Below, one piece after another: positions 43,906-55,125 of a stretch of 64,000 nucleotides of DNA. The notes beneath the pieces were generated by a model, which was not told where the DNA came from, made no database searches, and saw only the letters and a program-made list of their open reading frames with translations. Where the stretch lies: NCBI RefSeq assembly GCF_055900595.2, contig NZ_CM148325.1. One strand, written 5' to 3'. Numbering within the stretch: position 1 is the first letter of the stretch; each line of letters begins with the position of its first letter. A program made the position numbers and the translations under genes.

Positions 43906-45122
43906 GTTGGAGTCATTACCCTCCACCTTTATGGTGCATGACAAAATCAACTACAACATTGATGAACCGAGCAGTTCCGGTAAAACATTATCTATTGCGT
44001 TTGTTAATCAGCGCCAATACCGTGCTCAACAATGCTTTATGTCGGTAAAATTGGTAGACAATGCAGATGGTTCAACCATGCTGGATAAACGTTATGTCAT
44101 CACTAACGGTAATCAGCTGGCGATTCAAAATGATTTACTGGAGAGTTTATCAAAAGCGTTAAACCAACCGTGGCCACAACGAATGCAGGAGATGCTCCAG
44201 CAAATTTTGCCTCATCGTGGTGCGTTATTAACTAATTTTTATCAGGCACATGATTATTTACTGCATGGCGATGATAAATCATTGAACCGTGCCAGTGAAT
44301 TACTAGGTGAGATTGTTCAATCATCCCCCGAATTTACCTACGCGAGAGCAGAAAAAGCATTAGTTGATATCGTGCGCCATTCTCAACATCCTTTAGATGA
44401 AAAACAATTAGCAGCACTGAATACAGAAATAGATAACATTGTTACACTGCCGGAATTGAACAACCTGTCCATTATATATCAAATAAAAGCGGTCAGTGCT
44501 CTGGTAAAAGGTAAAACAGATGAGTCTTACCAGGCGATAAATACTGGCATTGATCTTGAAATGTCCTGGCTAAATTATGTGTTGCTTGGCAAGGTTTATG
44601 AAATGAAGGGGATGAACCGGGAAGCAGCTGATGCATATCTCACCGCCTTTAATTTACGCCCAGGGGCAAACACCCTTTACTGGATTGAAAATGGTATATT
44701 CCAGACTTCTGTTCCTTATGTTGTACCTTATCTCGACAAATTTCTCGCCTCAGAATAAGTGACTCCCGGGTTGACTCATGCTCGGGAATATTTGTTGTTG
44801 ATTTTTTGTATGTTATTGTTGGTATAATATGTTGCGGCAATTTATTTGCCGCATAATTTTTATCACATAAATTTAACCATGGAATATTCTGCAATCTATT
44901 GTAAACATTGAATGTTTATCTTTTCATGATATCAACTTGCGATCCTGATGTGTTAATAAAAAACCTCAAGTTCTCACTTACAGAAACTTTTGTGTTATTT
45001 CACCTAATCTTTAGGATTAATCTTTTTTTTTGAGTAATCTTGTCGCCAGTTTGGTCTGGTCAGTAAATAGTTACGCATCATGACCCGGACTCCAAATTCA
45101 AAAATGAAATTAGGAGAAGAGC

Positions 45123-46457
45123 ATGAGTTCTGCCAAGAAGATCGGGCTATTTGCCTGTACCGGTGTTGTTGCCGGTAATATGATGGGGAGCGGCATTGCA
45201 TTATTGCCTGCGAACCTTGCAAGTATCGGTGGTATTGCTATCTGGGGTTGGATTATCTCTATTATTGGTGCAATGTCGTTGGCTTATGTATATGCCCGAC
45301 TGGCAACAAAAAACCCGCAACAAGGTGGCCCAATTGCTTATGCCGGAGAAATTTCTCCTGCATTTGGTTTTCAGACAGGTGTTCTTTATTACCATGCTAA
45401 CTGGATTGGTAACCTGGCGATTGGTATTACCGCTGTATCTTATCTTTCCACCTTCTTCCCTGTATTAAATGATCCTGTTCCGGCGGGTATCGCTTGTATT
45501 GCTATCGTCTGGGTATTTACCTTTGTAAATATGCTCGGCGGTACCTGGGTAAGCCGTTTAACCACTATTGGTCTGGTGCTGGTTCTTATTCCTGTAGTTA
45601 TGACTGCTATTGTTGGCTGGCATTGGTTTGATGCTGCAACTTATGCTGCTAACTGGAATACCGCAGGTACTACTGATGGTCATGCGATCATTAAAAGTAT
45701 TCTGCTCTGCCTGTGGGCCTTCGTGGGTGTTGAATCCGCAGCGGTAAGTACTGGTATGGTTAAAAACCCGAAACGTACCGTTCCGCTGGCAACCATGCTG
45801 GGTACTGGTTTAGCAGGTATTGTTTACATCGCTGCGACTCAGGTGCTTTCCGGTATGTATCCGTCTTCTGTAATGGCAGGCTCCGGTGCTCCGTTTGCAA
45901 TCAGTGCTTCTACTATCCTGGGTAACTGGGCTGCGCCGATGGTTTCTGCATTCACCGCTTTTGCGTGCCTGACTTCTCTGGGCTCCTGGATGATGCTGGT
46001 AGGTCAGGCAGGTGTGCGTGCCGCTAACGACGGTAACTTCCCGAAAGTTTATGGTGAAGTCGACAGCAACGGTATTCCGAAAAAAGGTCTGCTGCTGGCT
46101 GCAGTGAAAATGACTGCCCTGATGATCCTCATCACTCTGATGAACTCTGCCGGTGGTAAAGCATCTGACCTGTTCGGTGAACTGACCGGTATCGCAGTAC
46201 TGCTGACTATGCTGCCGTACTTCTACTCTTGCGTTGACCTGATTCGTTTTGAAGGCGTTAACATCCGCAACTTTGTCAGCCTGATCTGCTCTGTACTGGG
46301 TTGCGTGTTCTGCTTCATCGCGCTAATGGGCGCAAGCTCCTTCGAGCTGGCAGGTACCTTCATCGTCAGCCTGATTATCCTGATGTTCTACGCTCGCAAA
46401 ATGCACGAGCGCCAGAGCCACTCAATGGATAACCACACAGCGTCTAACGCACATTAA
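45123..46457 (+). CDS. cadB: Lysine/cadaverine antiporter CadB
   Basis: 444 aa, MSSAKKIGLFACTGVVAGNMMGSGIALLPANLASIGGIAIWGWIISIIGAMSLAYVYARLATKNPQQGGPIAYAGE... Confidence 0.95.
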   Translation: MSSAKKIGLFACTGVVAGNMMGSGIALLPANLASIGGIAIWGWIISIIGAMSLAYVYARLATKNPQQGGPIAYAGEISPAFGFQTGVLYYHANWIGNLAIGITAVSYLSTFFPVLNDPVPAGIACIAIVWVFTFVNMLGGTWVSRLTTIGLVLVLIPVVMTAIVGWHWFDAATYAANWNTAGTTDGHAIIKSILLCLWAFVGVESAAVSTGMVKNPKRTVPLATMLGTGLAGIVYIAATQVLSGMYPSSVMAGSGAPFAISASTILGNWAAPMVSAFTAFACLTSLGSWMMLVGQAGVRAANDGNFPKVYGEVDSNGIPKKGLLLAAVKMTALMILITLMNSAGGKASDLFGELTGIAVLLTMLPYFYSCVDLIRFEGVNIRNFVSLICSVLGCVFCFIALMGASSFELAGTFIVSLIILMFYARKMHERQSHSMDNHTASNAH

Positions 46458-46536
46458 TTAAAAGTATTTTCCGAGGCTCCTCCTTTCATTTTGTCCCATG
46501 TGTTGGGAGGGGCCTTTTTTACCTGGAGATATGACT

Positions 46537-48684
46537 ATGAACGTTATTGCAATATTGAATCACATGGGGGTTTATTTTAAAGAAGAACCCATCCGTGAAC
46601 TTCATCGCGCGCTTGAACGTCTGAACTTCCAGATTGTTTACCCGAATGACCGTGACGACTTATTAAAACTGATCGAAAACAATGCGCGTCTGTGCGGTGT
46701 TATTTTTGACTGGGATAAATATAATCTCGAGCTGTGCGAAGAAATTAGCAAAATGAACGAGAACCTGCCGTTGTACGCGTTCGCTAATACGTATTCCACT
46801 CTCGATGTCAGCCTGAATGACCTGCGTTTACAGATTAGCTTCTTTGAATATGCGCTGGGTGCTGCTGATGATATTGCTAACAAGATCAAGCAGACCACTG
46901 ACGAATATATCAACACTATTCTGCCTCCGCTGACCAAAGCACTGTTTAAATATGTTCGTGAAGGTAAATATACTTTCTGTACTCCTGGTCACATGGGCGG
47001 TACTGCATTCCAGAAAAGCCCGGTAGGTAGCCTGTTCTATGATTTCTTTGGTCCGAACACCATGAAATCTGATATTTCCATTTCAGTATCTGAACTGGGT
47101 TCTCTGCTGGATCACAGTGGTCCACACAAAGAAGCAGAACAGTATATCGCTCGCGTATTTAACGCAGACCGCAGCTACATGGTGACCAACGGTACTTCCA
47201 CTGCGAACAAAATTGTTGGTATGTACTCTGCTCCGGCAGGCAGCACCATTCTGATTGACCGTAACTGCCACAAATCGCTGACCCACCTGATGATGATGAG
47301 CGATGTTACGCCAATCTATTTCCGCCCGACCCGTAACGCTTACGGTATTCTTGGTGGTATCCCACAGAGTGAATTCCAGCACGCTACCATTGCTAAGCGC
47401 GTAAAAGAAACACCAAACGCGACCTGGCCGGTACATGCCGTAATTACTAACTCTACCTATGATGGCCTGCTGTACAACACCGACTTCATTAAGAAAACGC
47501 TGGATGTGAAATCCATCCACTTTGACTCCGCGTGGGTGCCTTACACCAACTTCTCACCGATTTACGAAGGTAAATGCGGTATGAGCGGTGGCCGTGTAGA
47601 AGGGAAAGTGATTTACGAAACCCAGTCTACTCACAAACTGCTGGCGGCGTTCTCTCAGGCTTCCATGATCCACGTTAAAGGTGATGTAAACGAAGAAACC
47701 TTTAACGAAGCCTACATGATGCACACCACCACTTCTCCGCACTACGGTATCGTGGCGTCCACTGAAACCGCTGCGGCGATGATGAAAGGTAATGCTGGTA
47801 AGCGTCTGATCAACGGTTCCATTGAACGTGCGATCAAGTTCCGTAAAGAGATCAAACGCCTGAGAACGGAATCTGATGGCTGGTTCTTTGATGTATGGCA
47901 GCCGGATCATATCGATACCACTGAATGCTGGCCGCTGCGTTCTGACAGCTCCTGGCACGGCTTCAAGAACATCGACAATGAGCACATGTATCTTGACCCG
48001 ATTAAAGTCACCCTGCTGACTCCGGGGATGGAAAAAGACGGCACCATGAGCGACTTCGGTATTCCGGCCAGCATCGTGGCGAAATACCTCGACGAACATG
48101 GCATCGTTGTTGAGAAAACCGGTCCGTATAACCTGCTGTTCCTGTTCAGCATCGGTATCGATAAGACCAAAGCACTGAGCCTGCTGCGTGCTCTGACTGA
48201 CTTCAAACGTGCGTTCGACCTGAACCTGCGTGTGAAAAACATGCTGCCGTCTCTGTATCGTGAAGATCCTGAATTCTATGAAAACATGCGTATTCAGGAA
48301 CTGGCTCAGAATATCCACAAACTGATTGTTCACCACAATCTGCCGGATCTGATGTATCGCGCATTTGAAGTGCTGCCGACTATGGTAATGACTCCATATG
48401 CTGCGTTCCAGAAAGAGCTGCACGGTATGACCGAAGAAGTTTACCTCGACGAAATGGTAGGTCGTATTAACGCCAATATGATCCTTCCGTATCCGCCGGG
48501 AGTTCCTCTGGTAATGCCGGGTGAAATGATCACCGAAGAAAGCCGTCCGGTGCTGGAGTTCCTGCAGATGCTGTGTGAAATCGGCGCTCACTATCCGGGC
48601 TTTGAAACCGATATTCACGGTGCATACCGTCAGGCTGATGGTCGCTATACCGTTAAGGTATTGAAAGACGAAAGCAAAAAATAA
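46537..48684 (+). CDS. cadA: Inducible lysine decarboxylase CadA
   Basis: 715 aa from MNVIAILNHMGVYFKEEPIRELHRALERLNFQIVYPNDRDD...; the ORF-track start 46498 is an upstream in-frame extension. Confidence 0.95.
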   Translation: MNVIAILNHMGVYFKEEPIRELHRALERLNFQIVYPNDRDDLLKLIENNARLCGVIFDWDKYNLELCEEISKMNENLPLYAFANTYSTLDVSLNDLRLQISFFEYALGAADDIANKIKQTTDEYINTILPPLTKALFKYVREGKYTFCTPGHMGGTAFQKSPVGSLFYDFFGPNTMKSDISISVSELGSLLDHSGPHKEAEQYIARVFNADRSYMVTNGTSTANKIVGMYSAPAGSTILIDRNCHKSLTHLMMMSDVTPIYFRPTRNAYGILGGIPQSEFQHATIAKRVKETPNATWPVHAVITNSTYDGLLYNTDFIKKTLDVKSIHFDSAWVPYTNFSPIYEGKCGMSGGRVEGKVIYETQSTHKLLAAFSQASMIHVKGDVNEETFNEAYMMHTTTSPHYGIVASTETAAAMMKGNAGKRLINGSIERAIKFRKEIKRLRTESDGWFFDVWQPDHIDTTECWPLRSDSSWHGFKNIDNEHMYLDPIKVTLLTPGMEKDGTMSDFGIPASIVAKYLDEHGIVVEKTGPYNLLFLFSIGIDKTKALSLLRALTDFKRAFDLNLRVKNMLPSLYREDPEFYENMRIQELAQNIHKLIVHHNLPDLMYRAFEVLPTMVMTPYAAFQKELHGMTEEVYLDEMVGRINANMILPYPPGVPLVMPGEMITEESRPVLEFLQMLCEIGAHYPGFETDIHGAYRQADGRYTVKVLKDESKK

Positions 48685-48697
48685 TTAGCTCGTACAA

Positions 48698-48726
48698 GGG
48701 AAGTGGCTTGCCACTTCCCTTTTTTG
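48698..48726 (+). terminator. Intrinsic terminator after cadA
   Basis: gggaagtggc-ttg-ccacttccc followed by TTTTTT. Confidence 0.6.
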
Positions 48727-48742
48727 CTCATAAGGAGAACAC

Positions 48743-50200
48743 ATGAAAACACCCTCACAGCCGCGCGCGATATACTATATCGTGGCGATCCAAATCTGGG
48801 AGTACTTCAGTTTTTACGGCATGCGTGCCTTACTCATTCTCTATCTCACCCATCAGCTTGGTTTTGATGATAACCATGCCATCAGCCTGTTCAGCGCATA
48901 TGCATCTCTGGTTTACGTTACCCCTATTCTCGGCGGCTGGCTTGCCGACCGCCTGCTCGGCAATCGTACTGCGGTAATTGCCGGCGCGCTGTTAATGACC
49001 CTTGGCCATGTAGTGCTGGGCATTGATACAAATTCAACCTTTAGCCTGTATCTGGCGCTGGCAATCATTATTTGTGGCTACGGTTTATTCAAATCAAACA
49101 TCAGCTGTTTGCTTGGCGAGCTCTACGACGAGAACGATCATCGACGTGATGGCGGTTTTTCGCTGCTGTATGCTGCGGGCAATATCGGTTCTATCGCAGC
49201 CCCCATCGCCTGCGGCCTGGCTGCTCAGTGGTATGGATGGCATGTTGGCTTTGCCCTTGCGGGTGGCGGCATGTTTATCGGTTTGTTGATTTTCTTAAGC
49301 GGTCATCGTCATTTCCAGTCAACGCGTAGTATGGATAAAAAAGCGCTCACTCGCGTGAAATTTGCCTTACCGGTATGGAGCTGGTTAGTGGTGATGCTCT
49401 GTTTAGCCCCAGTATTTTTTACCCTACTGCTGGAGAACGACTGGTCCGGATATTTGCTGGCGATCGTTTGCCTTATTGCTGCACAAATCATTGCCCGCAT
49501 GATGATCAAATACCCCGAACACCGTCGTGCTCTTTGGCAAATTGTATTGTTGATGTTTGTCGGGACGTTGTTCTGGGTACTGGCACAACAGGGCGGCAGT
49601 ACCATCAGTTTGTTTATCGATCGCTTTGTGAATCGTCAGGCATTCAATATTGAAGTACCTACTGCACTATTCCAGTCAGTGAACGCAATTGCGGTGATGC
49701 TCGCTGGGGTTGTTCTGGCCTGGCTGGCGTCGCCAGAAAGCCACGGCAACTCAACATTGCGCGTCTGGCTGAAGTTTGCCTTTGGCTTACTGCTGATGGC
49801 TTGTGGCTTTATGTTGCTGGCATTTGATGCCCGACATGCAGCGGCTGACGGTCAAGCGTCAATGGGCGTGATGATATCCGGGCTGGCGCTAATGGGCTTT
49901 GCCGAACTCTTTATTGACCCGGTGGCGATTGCGCAAATCACGCGTCTGAAAATGTCTGGCGTATTAACCGGGATTTATATGCTGGCAACAGGCGCGGTCG
50001 CCAACTGGCTGGCAGGCGTAGTGGCACAGCAGACGACAGAGTCGCAAATTAGCGGTATGGCAATTGCAGCTTACCAGCGATTCTTTTCTCAGATGGGAGA
50101 GTGGACGTTGGCTTGTGTCGCGATCATCGTCGTATTGGCCTTTGCTGCCCGTTTTCTGTTTAGCACGCCGACGAATATGATACAGGAGAGCAACGATTAA
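48743..50200 (+). CDS. dtpC: Dipeptide/tripeptide permease DtpC (YjdL)
   Basis: 485 aa POT-family transporter, [50 protein letters not shown]... Confidence 0.9.
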   Translation: MKTPSQPRAIYYIVAIQIWEYFSFYGMRALLILYLTHQLGFDDNHAISLFSAYASLVYVTPILGGWLADRLLGNRTAVIAGALLMTLGHVVLGIDTNSTFSLYLALAIIICGYGLFKSNISCLLGELYDENDHRRDGGFSLLYAAGNIGSIAAPIACGLAAQWYGWHVGFALAGGGMFIGLLIFLSGHRHFQSTRSMDKKALTRVKFALPVWSWLVVMLCLAPVFFTLLLENDWSGYLLAIVCLIAAQIIARMMIKYPEHRRALWQIVLLMFVGTLFWVLAQQGGSTISLFIDRFVNRQAFNIEVPTALFQSVNAIAVMLAGVVLAWLASPESHGNSTLRVWLKFAFGLLLMACGFMLLAFDARHAAADGQASMGVMISGLALMGFAELFIDPVAIAQITRLKMSGVLTGIYMLATGAVANWLAGVVAQQTTESQISGMAIAAYQRFFSQMGEWTLACVAIIVVLAFAARFLFSTPTNMIQESND

Positions 50201-50436
50201 CTGTCGTAAAAACAATTGGTTATGAATAAATTAACTTTCAGTTTATCACACTAGTAAATTGAGATTAATAAGTCATTTAAACCATTTTTATGGTTATTTA
50301 TTAGTGATATCAACTTGAGGTAAGCGTTAGTTTCGATAAGATAAACTGAGTTATTAATAGTCGAGGCAGATAATACAGTGTACCGATCTGTCTCTTTATC
50401 TACGCTAAATTGAAAGCTGGATTTAGAGGAACCAAA

Positions 50437-51954
50437 ATGTCTGAACAAGAAACACGGGGAGCCAATGAGGCTATTGATTTTAACGATGAACTGAGAAATC
50501 GCCGCGAAAAACTGGCGGCACTGCGTCAGCAAGGTGTGGCGTTTCCTAATGATTTTCGCCGCGACCATACCTCTGACCAGTTGCACGAAGAGTTTGATGC
50601 GAAGGATAACCAGGAACTGGAATCCTTAAACATTGAAGTCTCGGTTGCTGGCCGAATGATGACCCGTCGTATCATGGGGAAAGCCTCCTTTGTAACGTTG
50701 CAGGATGTCGGTGGCCGTATTCAACTGTACGTTGCAAGAGATAGCCTGCCAGAAGGTGTTTATAATGATCAGTTTAAAAAATGGGACCTCGGCGACATTA
50801 TCGGTGCCCGCGGTACGCTGTTTAAGACGCAAACTGGTGAGCTTTCCATTCACTGTACTGAGTTACGCCTGCTGACTAAGGCACTGCGTCCATTGCCGGA
50901 TAAATTCCATGGCTTACAGGATCAGGAAGTCCGTTATCGTCAACGTTATCTGGACCTCATCGCTAACGATAAATCCCGTCAAACGTTTGTTGTCCGTTCA
51001 AAAATTCTGGCCGCTATCCGTCAGTTCATGGTCGCTCGCGGTTTTATGGAAGTAGAAACCCCAATGATGCAGGTAATTCCAGGTGGGGCATCTGCTCGCC
51101 CGTTTATTACCCATCATAACGCTCTGGATTTAGATATGTACCTGCGTATCGCGCCGGAGCTGTATCTGAAACGTCTGGTTGTAGGCGGTTTTGAACGGGT
51201 ATTCGAAATCAACCGTAACTTCCGTAATGAAGGTATTTCTGTTCGCCATAATCCTGAGTTCACAATGATGGAACTCTACATGGCATATGCGGATTACCAT
51301 GATTTGATTGAACTGACGGAGTCACTGTTCCGCACCCTGGCACAAGAGGTACTGGGTACCACTAAAGTCACTTATGGCGAGCATGTGTTTGATTTCGGCA
51401 AACCGTTTGAAAAACTCACCATGCGCGAAGCAATCAAAAAATATCGTCCAGAAACCGATATGGCGGATCTGGATAATTTTGATGCTGCTAAAGCATTAGC
51501 TGAATCTATCGGAATTACGGTAGAGAAAAGCTGGGGGCTGGGACGCATTGTCACGGAGATCTTTGATGAAGTGGCAGAAGCACATCTGATTCAGCCAACC
51601 TTTATCACGGAATATCCGGCAGAAGTGTCACCGCTGGCGCGCCGTAATGATGTTAACCCGGAAATCACCGACCGTTTTGAATTCTTCATCGGTGGTCGTG
51701 AAATCGGTAATGGTTTTAGCGAATTAAACGACGCAGAAGATCAGGCGGAACGTTTCCAGGAACAGGTTAACGCTAAAGCTGCAGGTGACGACGAAGCCAT
51801 GTTCTATGACGAAGATTACGTGACTGCGCTGGAATATGGTCTGCCGCCAACCGCGGGTCTGGGTATTGGTATCGACCGAATGATTATGCTGTTTACTAAC
51901 AGCCATACTATTCGCGACGTTATTCTCTTCCCGGCGATGCGTCCACAGAAATAA
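50437..51954 (+). CDS. lysU: Lysine--tRNA ligase, heat-inducible (LysU)
   Basis: [56 protein letters not shown]...; class II aaRS motifs. Confidence 0.95.
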
Positions 51955-52072
51955 ATTTCATTTTAACGAACGAAGCAGTCAGACGACTGCTTCGTTCGTC
52001 GTTCCACAAATCCAGTTTCGAGGAGAGACGCTTCGTTTCAAGATAACCAGCGGGTCCACTCAACTACAGCTC

Positions 52073-52246
52073 CTAAAAGAGAGAAAAAAGCAATGCCACA
52101 GGCAGACTCATTGGCCAGGTTATTCCGACCAGAAATGCACTAAGTAAACGAATATGTGTTTTCTCATGTGAGATAAACCAGATAATGACAAAGGATATGT
52201 TCACACCAATCACATAAAAAATTAATATTTTAGAGAATAGTGCCAT
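52073..52246 (-). CDS. ghoT: GhoT type V toxin (small membrane peptide), below the 60-aa ORF-track cutoff
   Basis: Minus translation MALFSKILIFYVIGVNISFVIIWFISHEKTHIRLLSAFLVGITWPMSLPVALLFSLF*; directly downstream of ghoS. Confidence 0.85.
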   Translation of the reverse strand: MALFSKILIFYVIGVNISFVIIWFISHEKTHIRLLSAFLVGITWPMSLPVALLFSLF

Positions 52247-52273
52247 TTTTTATGTTCTTCTTATCCTTCCTGA

Positions 52274-52570
52274 CTACTTGTAAAACTGACGGAAATAGTC
52301 ATCAACTGTCATAATGTTGAGGTCAAAATCAATATCCGGTAAGTCTAAGCATTTGAGCCTGATTAAATCTTCGATTTCACTTGCGGCTAACGATGTCGTT
52401 ATTGCGAAGGAATTTTCATTCAATTGTCGTGGTATCCCATATTCATCAGCCACGATAGAGGAGAAATTCATATCATACATCAATGATCTTAACCTTAAGA
52501 ACACTGAGGAATAAGATGATGGATAATCAAAAGAAACAACATAAGTATTGAACTTGTTTTTACCTTCCAT
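52274..52570 (-). CDS. ghoS: GhoS type V antitoxin (endoribonuclease)
   Basis: MEGKNKFNTYVVSFDYPSSYSSVFLRLRSLMYDMNFSSIVADEYGIPRQLNENSFAITTSLAASEIEDLIRLKCLDLPDIDFDLNIMTVDDYFRQFYK. Confidence 0.85.
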   Translation of the reverse strand: MEGKNKFNTYVVSFDYPSSYSSVFLRLRSLMYDMNFSSIVADEYGIPRQLNENSFAITTSLAASEIEDLIRLKCLDLPDIDFDLNIMTVDDYFRQFYK

Positions 52571-52798
52571 AATATGACTCCTATCAATATTAAACGATCT
52601 GGGGCCGCACAACTTATTAACCCCGATCGATGATTCTCATATAGGAGATATTCTTTTTTTTTTGCTCAGTAAAGGGGATGACTTGGGACAAGAAAACGCT
52701 CTCTCTGACCATTCTTTGTTCATCCCCCTACCCTTCAGATTCTCTCCTGCATCACACCGCGGAGAGCATGAAAAATATCGTGACTCTGTACTCTCCCA

Positions 52799-53071
52799 TC
52801 AACTGCGAATATCATCATACTCACGCGTTTTATCAAATTCGTGTTTCGCAAATGGACATAATGGGATAATTTTTCGTTTTTCCCGACGCATTTTTTCCAC
52901 GACTTTCGCAACCAGCTGTTTACCAATCCCCTGCCCTTTCAGGCTTTCATCGACATCGGTATGTTCGATAATCGCTAAATTCTTGCCGGTCGGCACAAAG
53001 ACAATTTCAGCAATTTGCTTGCCCTGTTCGTCATTAATGTAAAATTTATTGTGGCCTTCGCGTATTTCCAT
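52799..53071 (-). CDS. yjdJ: YjdJ GNAT-family acetyltransferase-like protein
   Basis: 90 aa, [54 protein letters not shown]... Confidence 0.8.
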   Translation of the reverse strand: MEIREGHNKFYINDEQGKQIAEIVFVPTGKNLAIIEHTDVDESLKGQGIGKQLVAKVVEKMRREKRKIIPLCPFAKHEFDKTREYDDIRS

Positions 53072-53082
53072 TTTACCCTCGC

Positions 53083-53313
53083 TTATTTATGACGGTATTT
53101 CAGCGCGCCGCTCGGGCACATATCAATCACTTTCATTACAGTGGTGACATCAACTTCATCCGGCATGATCCACGGCTTACGTTTGAGGTTAAATAACCTG
53201 CCGTTGCCACGTACGCAATTGCCAGAATGCTGACATATTGCAGTGTTGAAATAGACATCGATCTTTTCGCCGGTATAACAGCGATAACCCCCGTCCAGTA
53301 GCGCCTGATCCAT
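53083..53313 (-). CDS. yjdI: YjdI (small Cys-rich protein)
   Basis: 76 aa, [54 protein letters not shown]... Confidence 0.8.
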   Translation of the reverse strand: MDQALLDGGYRCYTGEKIDVYFNTAICQHSGNCVRGNGRLFNLKRKPWIMPDEVDVTTVMKVIDMCPSGALKYRHK

Positions 53314-53493
53314 GACCTTCCCTCTCTCATCAGTATGGTTTTCACTATAAGCATAGCCCCGGAATCTTCATACAGCACTGGCAGTTTCCGTTGCCAGAGT
53401 CTCTTCCCCTATATAGCCAATCATTCTTACTCCCTTTGAATTACCCGCCTCATCAGAGATAATGCTTAAGAAATTTGTCACACAAGGAAGCTG

Positions 53494-55125
53494 ATGAGAC
53501 ATTCATTGCCCTACCGTATGTTACGCAAACGTCCGATGAAATTGAGTACCACTGTGATCTTAATGGTCAGCGCGGTACTGTTCTCGGTGCTATTGGTGGT
53601 GCATCTGATTTACTTCTCGCAAATCAGTGATATGACGCGAGACGGGCTAGCCAACAAGGCACTGGCAGTGGCGCGTACCCTCGCCGACTCGCCGGAAATC
53701 CGTCAGGGCTTGCAGAAAAAACCGCAGGAGAGCGGCATCCAGGCCATCGCGGAAGCCGTGCGCAAACGCAACGATCTGCTGTTTATTGTCGTTACCGATA
53801 TGCAAAGTCTTCGCTACTCGCATCCTGAAGCCCAGCGTATTGGTCAGCCATTTAAAGGTGATGACATCCTTAAAGCGCTGAATGGCGAAGAAAATGTCGC
53901 TATCAATCGCGGTTTTCTGGCGCAGGCTTTACGCGTATTTACCCCCATCTACGATGAAAATCATAAACAAATTGGCGTGGTGGCGATCGGCCTTGAGTTA
54001 AGTCGCGTGACCCAACAGATCAATGACAGTCGCTGGAGCATCATCTGGTCGGTATTATTTGGCATGCTGGTCGGGCTGATTGGCACCTGCATTCTGGTTA
54101 AAGTACTGAAAAAAATCCTTTTCGGCCTGGAACCCTACGAAATCTCCACGCTGTTTGAGCAACGCCAGGCTATGTTGCAGTCTATCAAAGAAGGCGTCGT
54201 TGCCGTGGACGATCGCGGCGAGGTCACGCTGATCAACGATGCCGCACAAGAATTGCTGAATTACCGTAAGTCGCAGGACGATGAGAAACTGTCGACGCTA
54301 AGCCACTCGTGGTCACAGGTGGTAGATGTCTCGGAAGTGTTACGCGACGGTACCCCGCGGCGCGACGAAGAGATTACGATTAAAGATCGGCTATTACTGA
54401 TCAACACCGTTCCGGTGCGCAGTAATGGCGTTATCATCGGTGCCATTTCAACCTTCAGGGACAAAACTGAAGTACGTAAACTGATGCAGCGACTCGACGG
54501 TCTGGTCAACTATGCTGACGCACTTCGTGAACGATCCCACGAATTTATGAATAAATTGCATGTGATTCTCGGATTATTGCATCTGAAGAGTTATAAGCAG
54601 TTGGAAGATTACATTCTCAAAACAGCCAATAACTATCAGGAAGAGATTGGCTCTCTGCTGGGTAAGATCAAATCTCCGGTTATCGCTGGTTTTTTAATCA
54701 GCAAGATTAACCGCGCGACCGATTTAGGCCATACGCTGATTTTAAACAGTGAAAGCCAGCTGCCAGACAGCGGCAGTGAGGACCAGGTCGCGACGCTGAT
54801 TACCACGTTGGGAAATCTGATAGAAAACGCGCTGGAAGCATTAGGGCCGGAACCCGGTGGCGAAATTAGCGTAACATTGCACTACCGTCACGGCTGGCTG
54901 CACTGTGAAGTTAACGATGATGGACCGGGGATCGCACCCGACAAAATCGATCACATTTTTGACAAAGGTGTCTCGACAAAAGGAAGCGAGCGAGGCGTCG
55001 GTTTAGCACTTGTCAAACAACAGGTAGAAAATCTCGGCGGCAGCATCGCCGTGGAATCGGAACCCGGGATTTTCACACAATTTTTTGTCCAGATACCCTG
55101 GGACGGGGAGAGGTCGAACAGATGA
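53494..55125 (+). CDS. dcuS: C4-dicarboxylate sensor histidine kinase DcuS
   Basis: 543 aa; periplasmic PAS-like sensor, TM segments, HisKA/HATPase core. Confidence 0.95.
   Translation: MRHSLPYRMLRKRPMKLSTTVILMVSAVLFSVLLVVHLIYFSQISDMTRDGLANKALAVARTLADSPEIRQGLQKKPQESGIQAIAEAVRKRNDLLFIVVTDMQSLRYSHPEAQRIGQPFKGDDILKALNGEENVAINRGFLAQALRVFTPIYDENHKQIGVVAIGLELSRVTQQINDSRWSIIWSVLFGMLVGLIGTCILVKVLKKILFGLEPYEISTLFEQRQAMLQSIKEGVVAVDDRGEVTLINDAAQELLNYRKSQDDEKLSTLSHSWSQVVDVSEVLRDGTPRRDEEITIKDRLLLINTVPVRSNGVIIGAISTFRDKTEVRKLMQRLDGLVNYADALRERSHEFMNKLHVILGLLHLKSYKQLEDYILKTANNYQEEIGSLLGKIKSPVIAGFLISKINRATDLGHTLILNSESQLPDSGSEDQVATLITTLGNLIENALEALGPEPGGEISVTLHYRHGWLHCEVNDDGPGIAPDKIDHIFDKGVSTKGSERGVGLALVKQQVENLGGSIAVESEPGIFTQFFVQIPWDGERSNR

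Larger units (their letters stand above)
43153..43920 (+). mobile_element. IS1 (768 bp) with 9-bp target duplication CTCCACCTT
   Basis: Ends GGTGATGCTGCCAACTTACTGAT / ...AAGTTGGAGTCATTACC; duplication at 43144-43152 and 43921-43929. Confidence 0.95.
42443..44758 (+). pseudogene. cadC: cadC (cad operon activator) split by IS1
   Basis: N-part MQQPVVRVGEWLVTPSINQISRNGRQLTLEPRLIDLLVFFAQHSGEVLSRDELIDNVW... to 43152; C-part resumes at 43930 ...KFLASE*; parts sum to 512 codons. Confidence 0.9.

Noticed and set aside
46458-46536. Possible terminator or attenuator hairpin between cadB and cadA
   Set aside because: Stem is imperfect (ggctcctcc vs ggaggggcc) and the two genes are co-transcribed; not confident enough to call.
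47554-48618. 354-aa minus-strand ORF inside cadA
   Set aside because: Antisense to the well-supported cadA coding sequence; typical long shadow ORF in a GC-rich gene.
51960-52000. Stem-loop aacgaacgaagcagtc / gactgcttcgttcgt after lysU
   Set aside because: Strong stem but no following T-run on either strand; possibly a bidirectional terminator between convergent lysU and ghoT, left uncalled.
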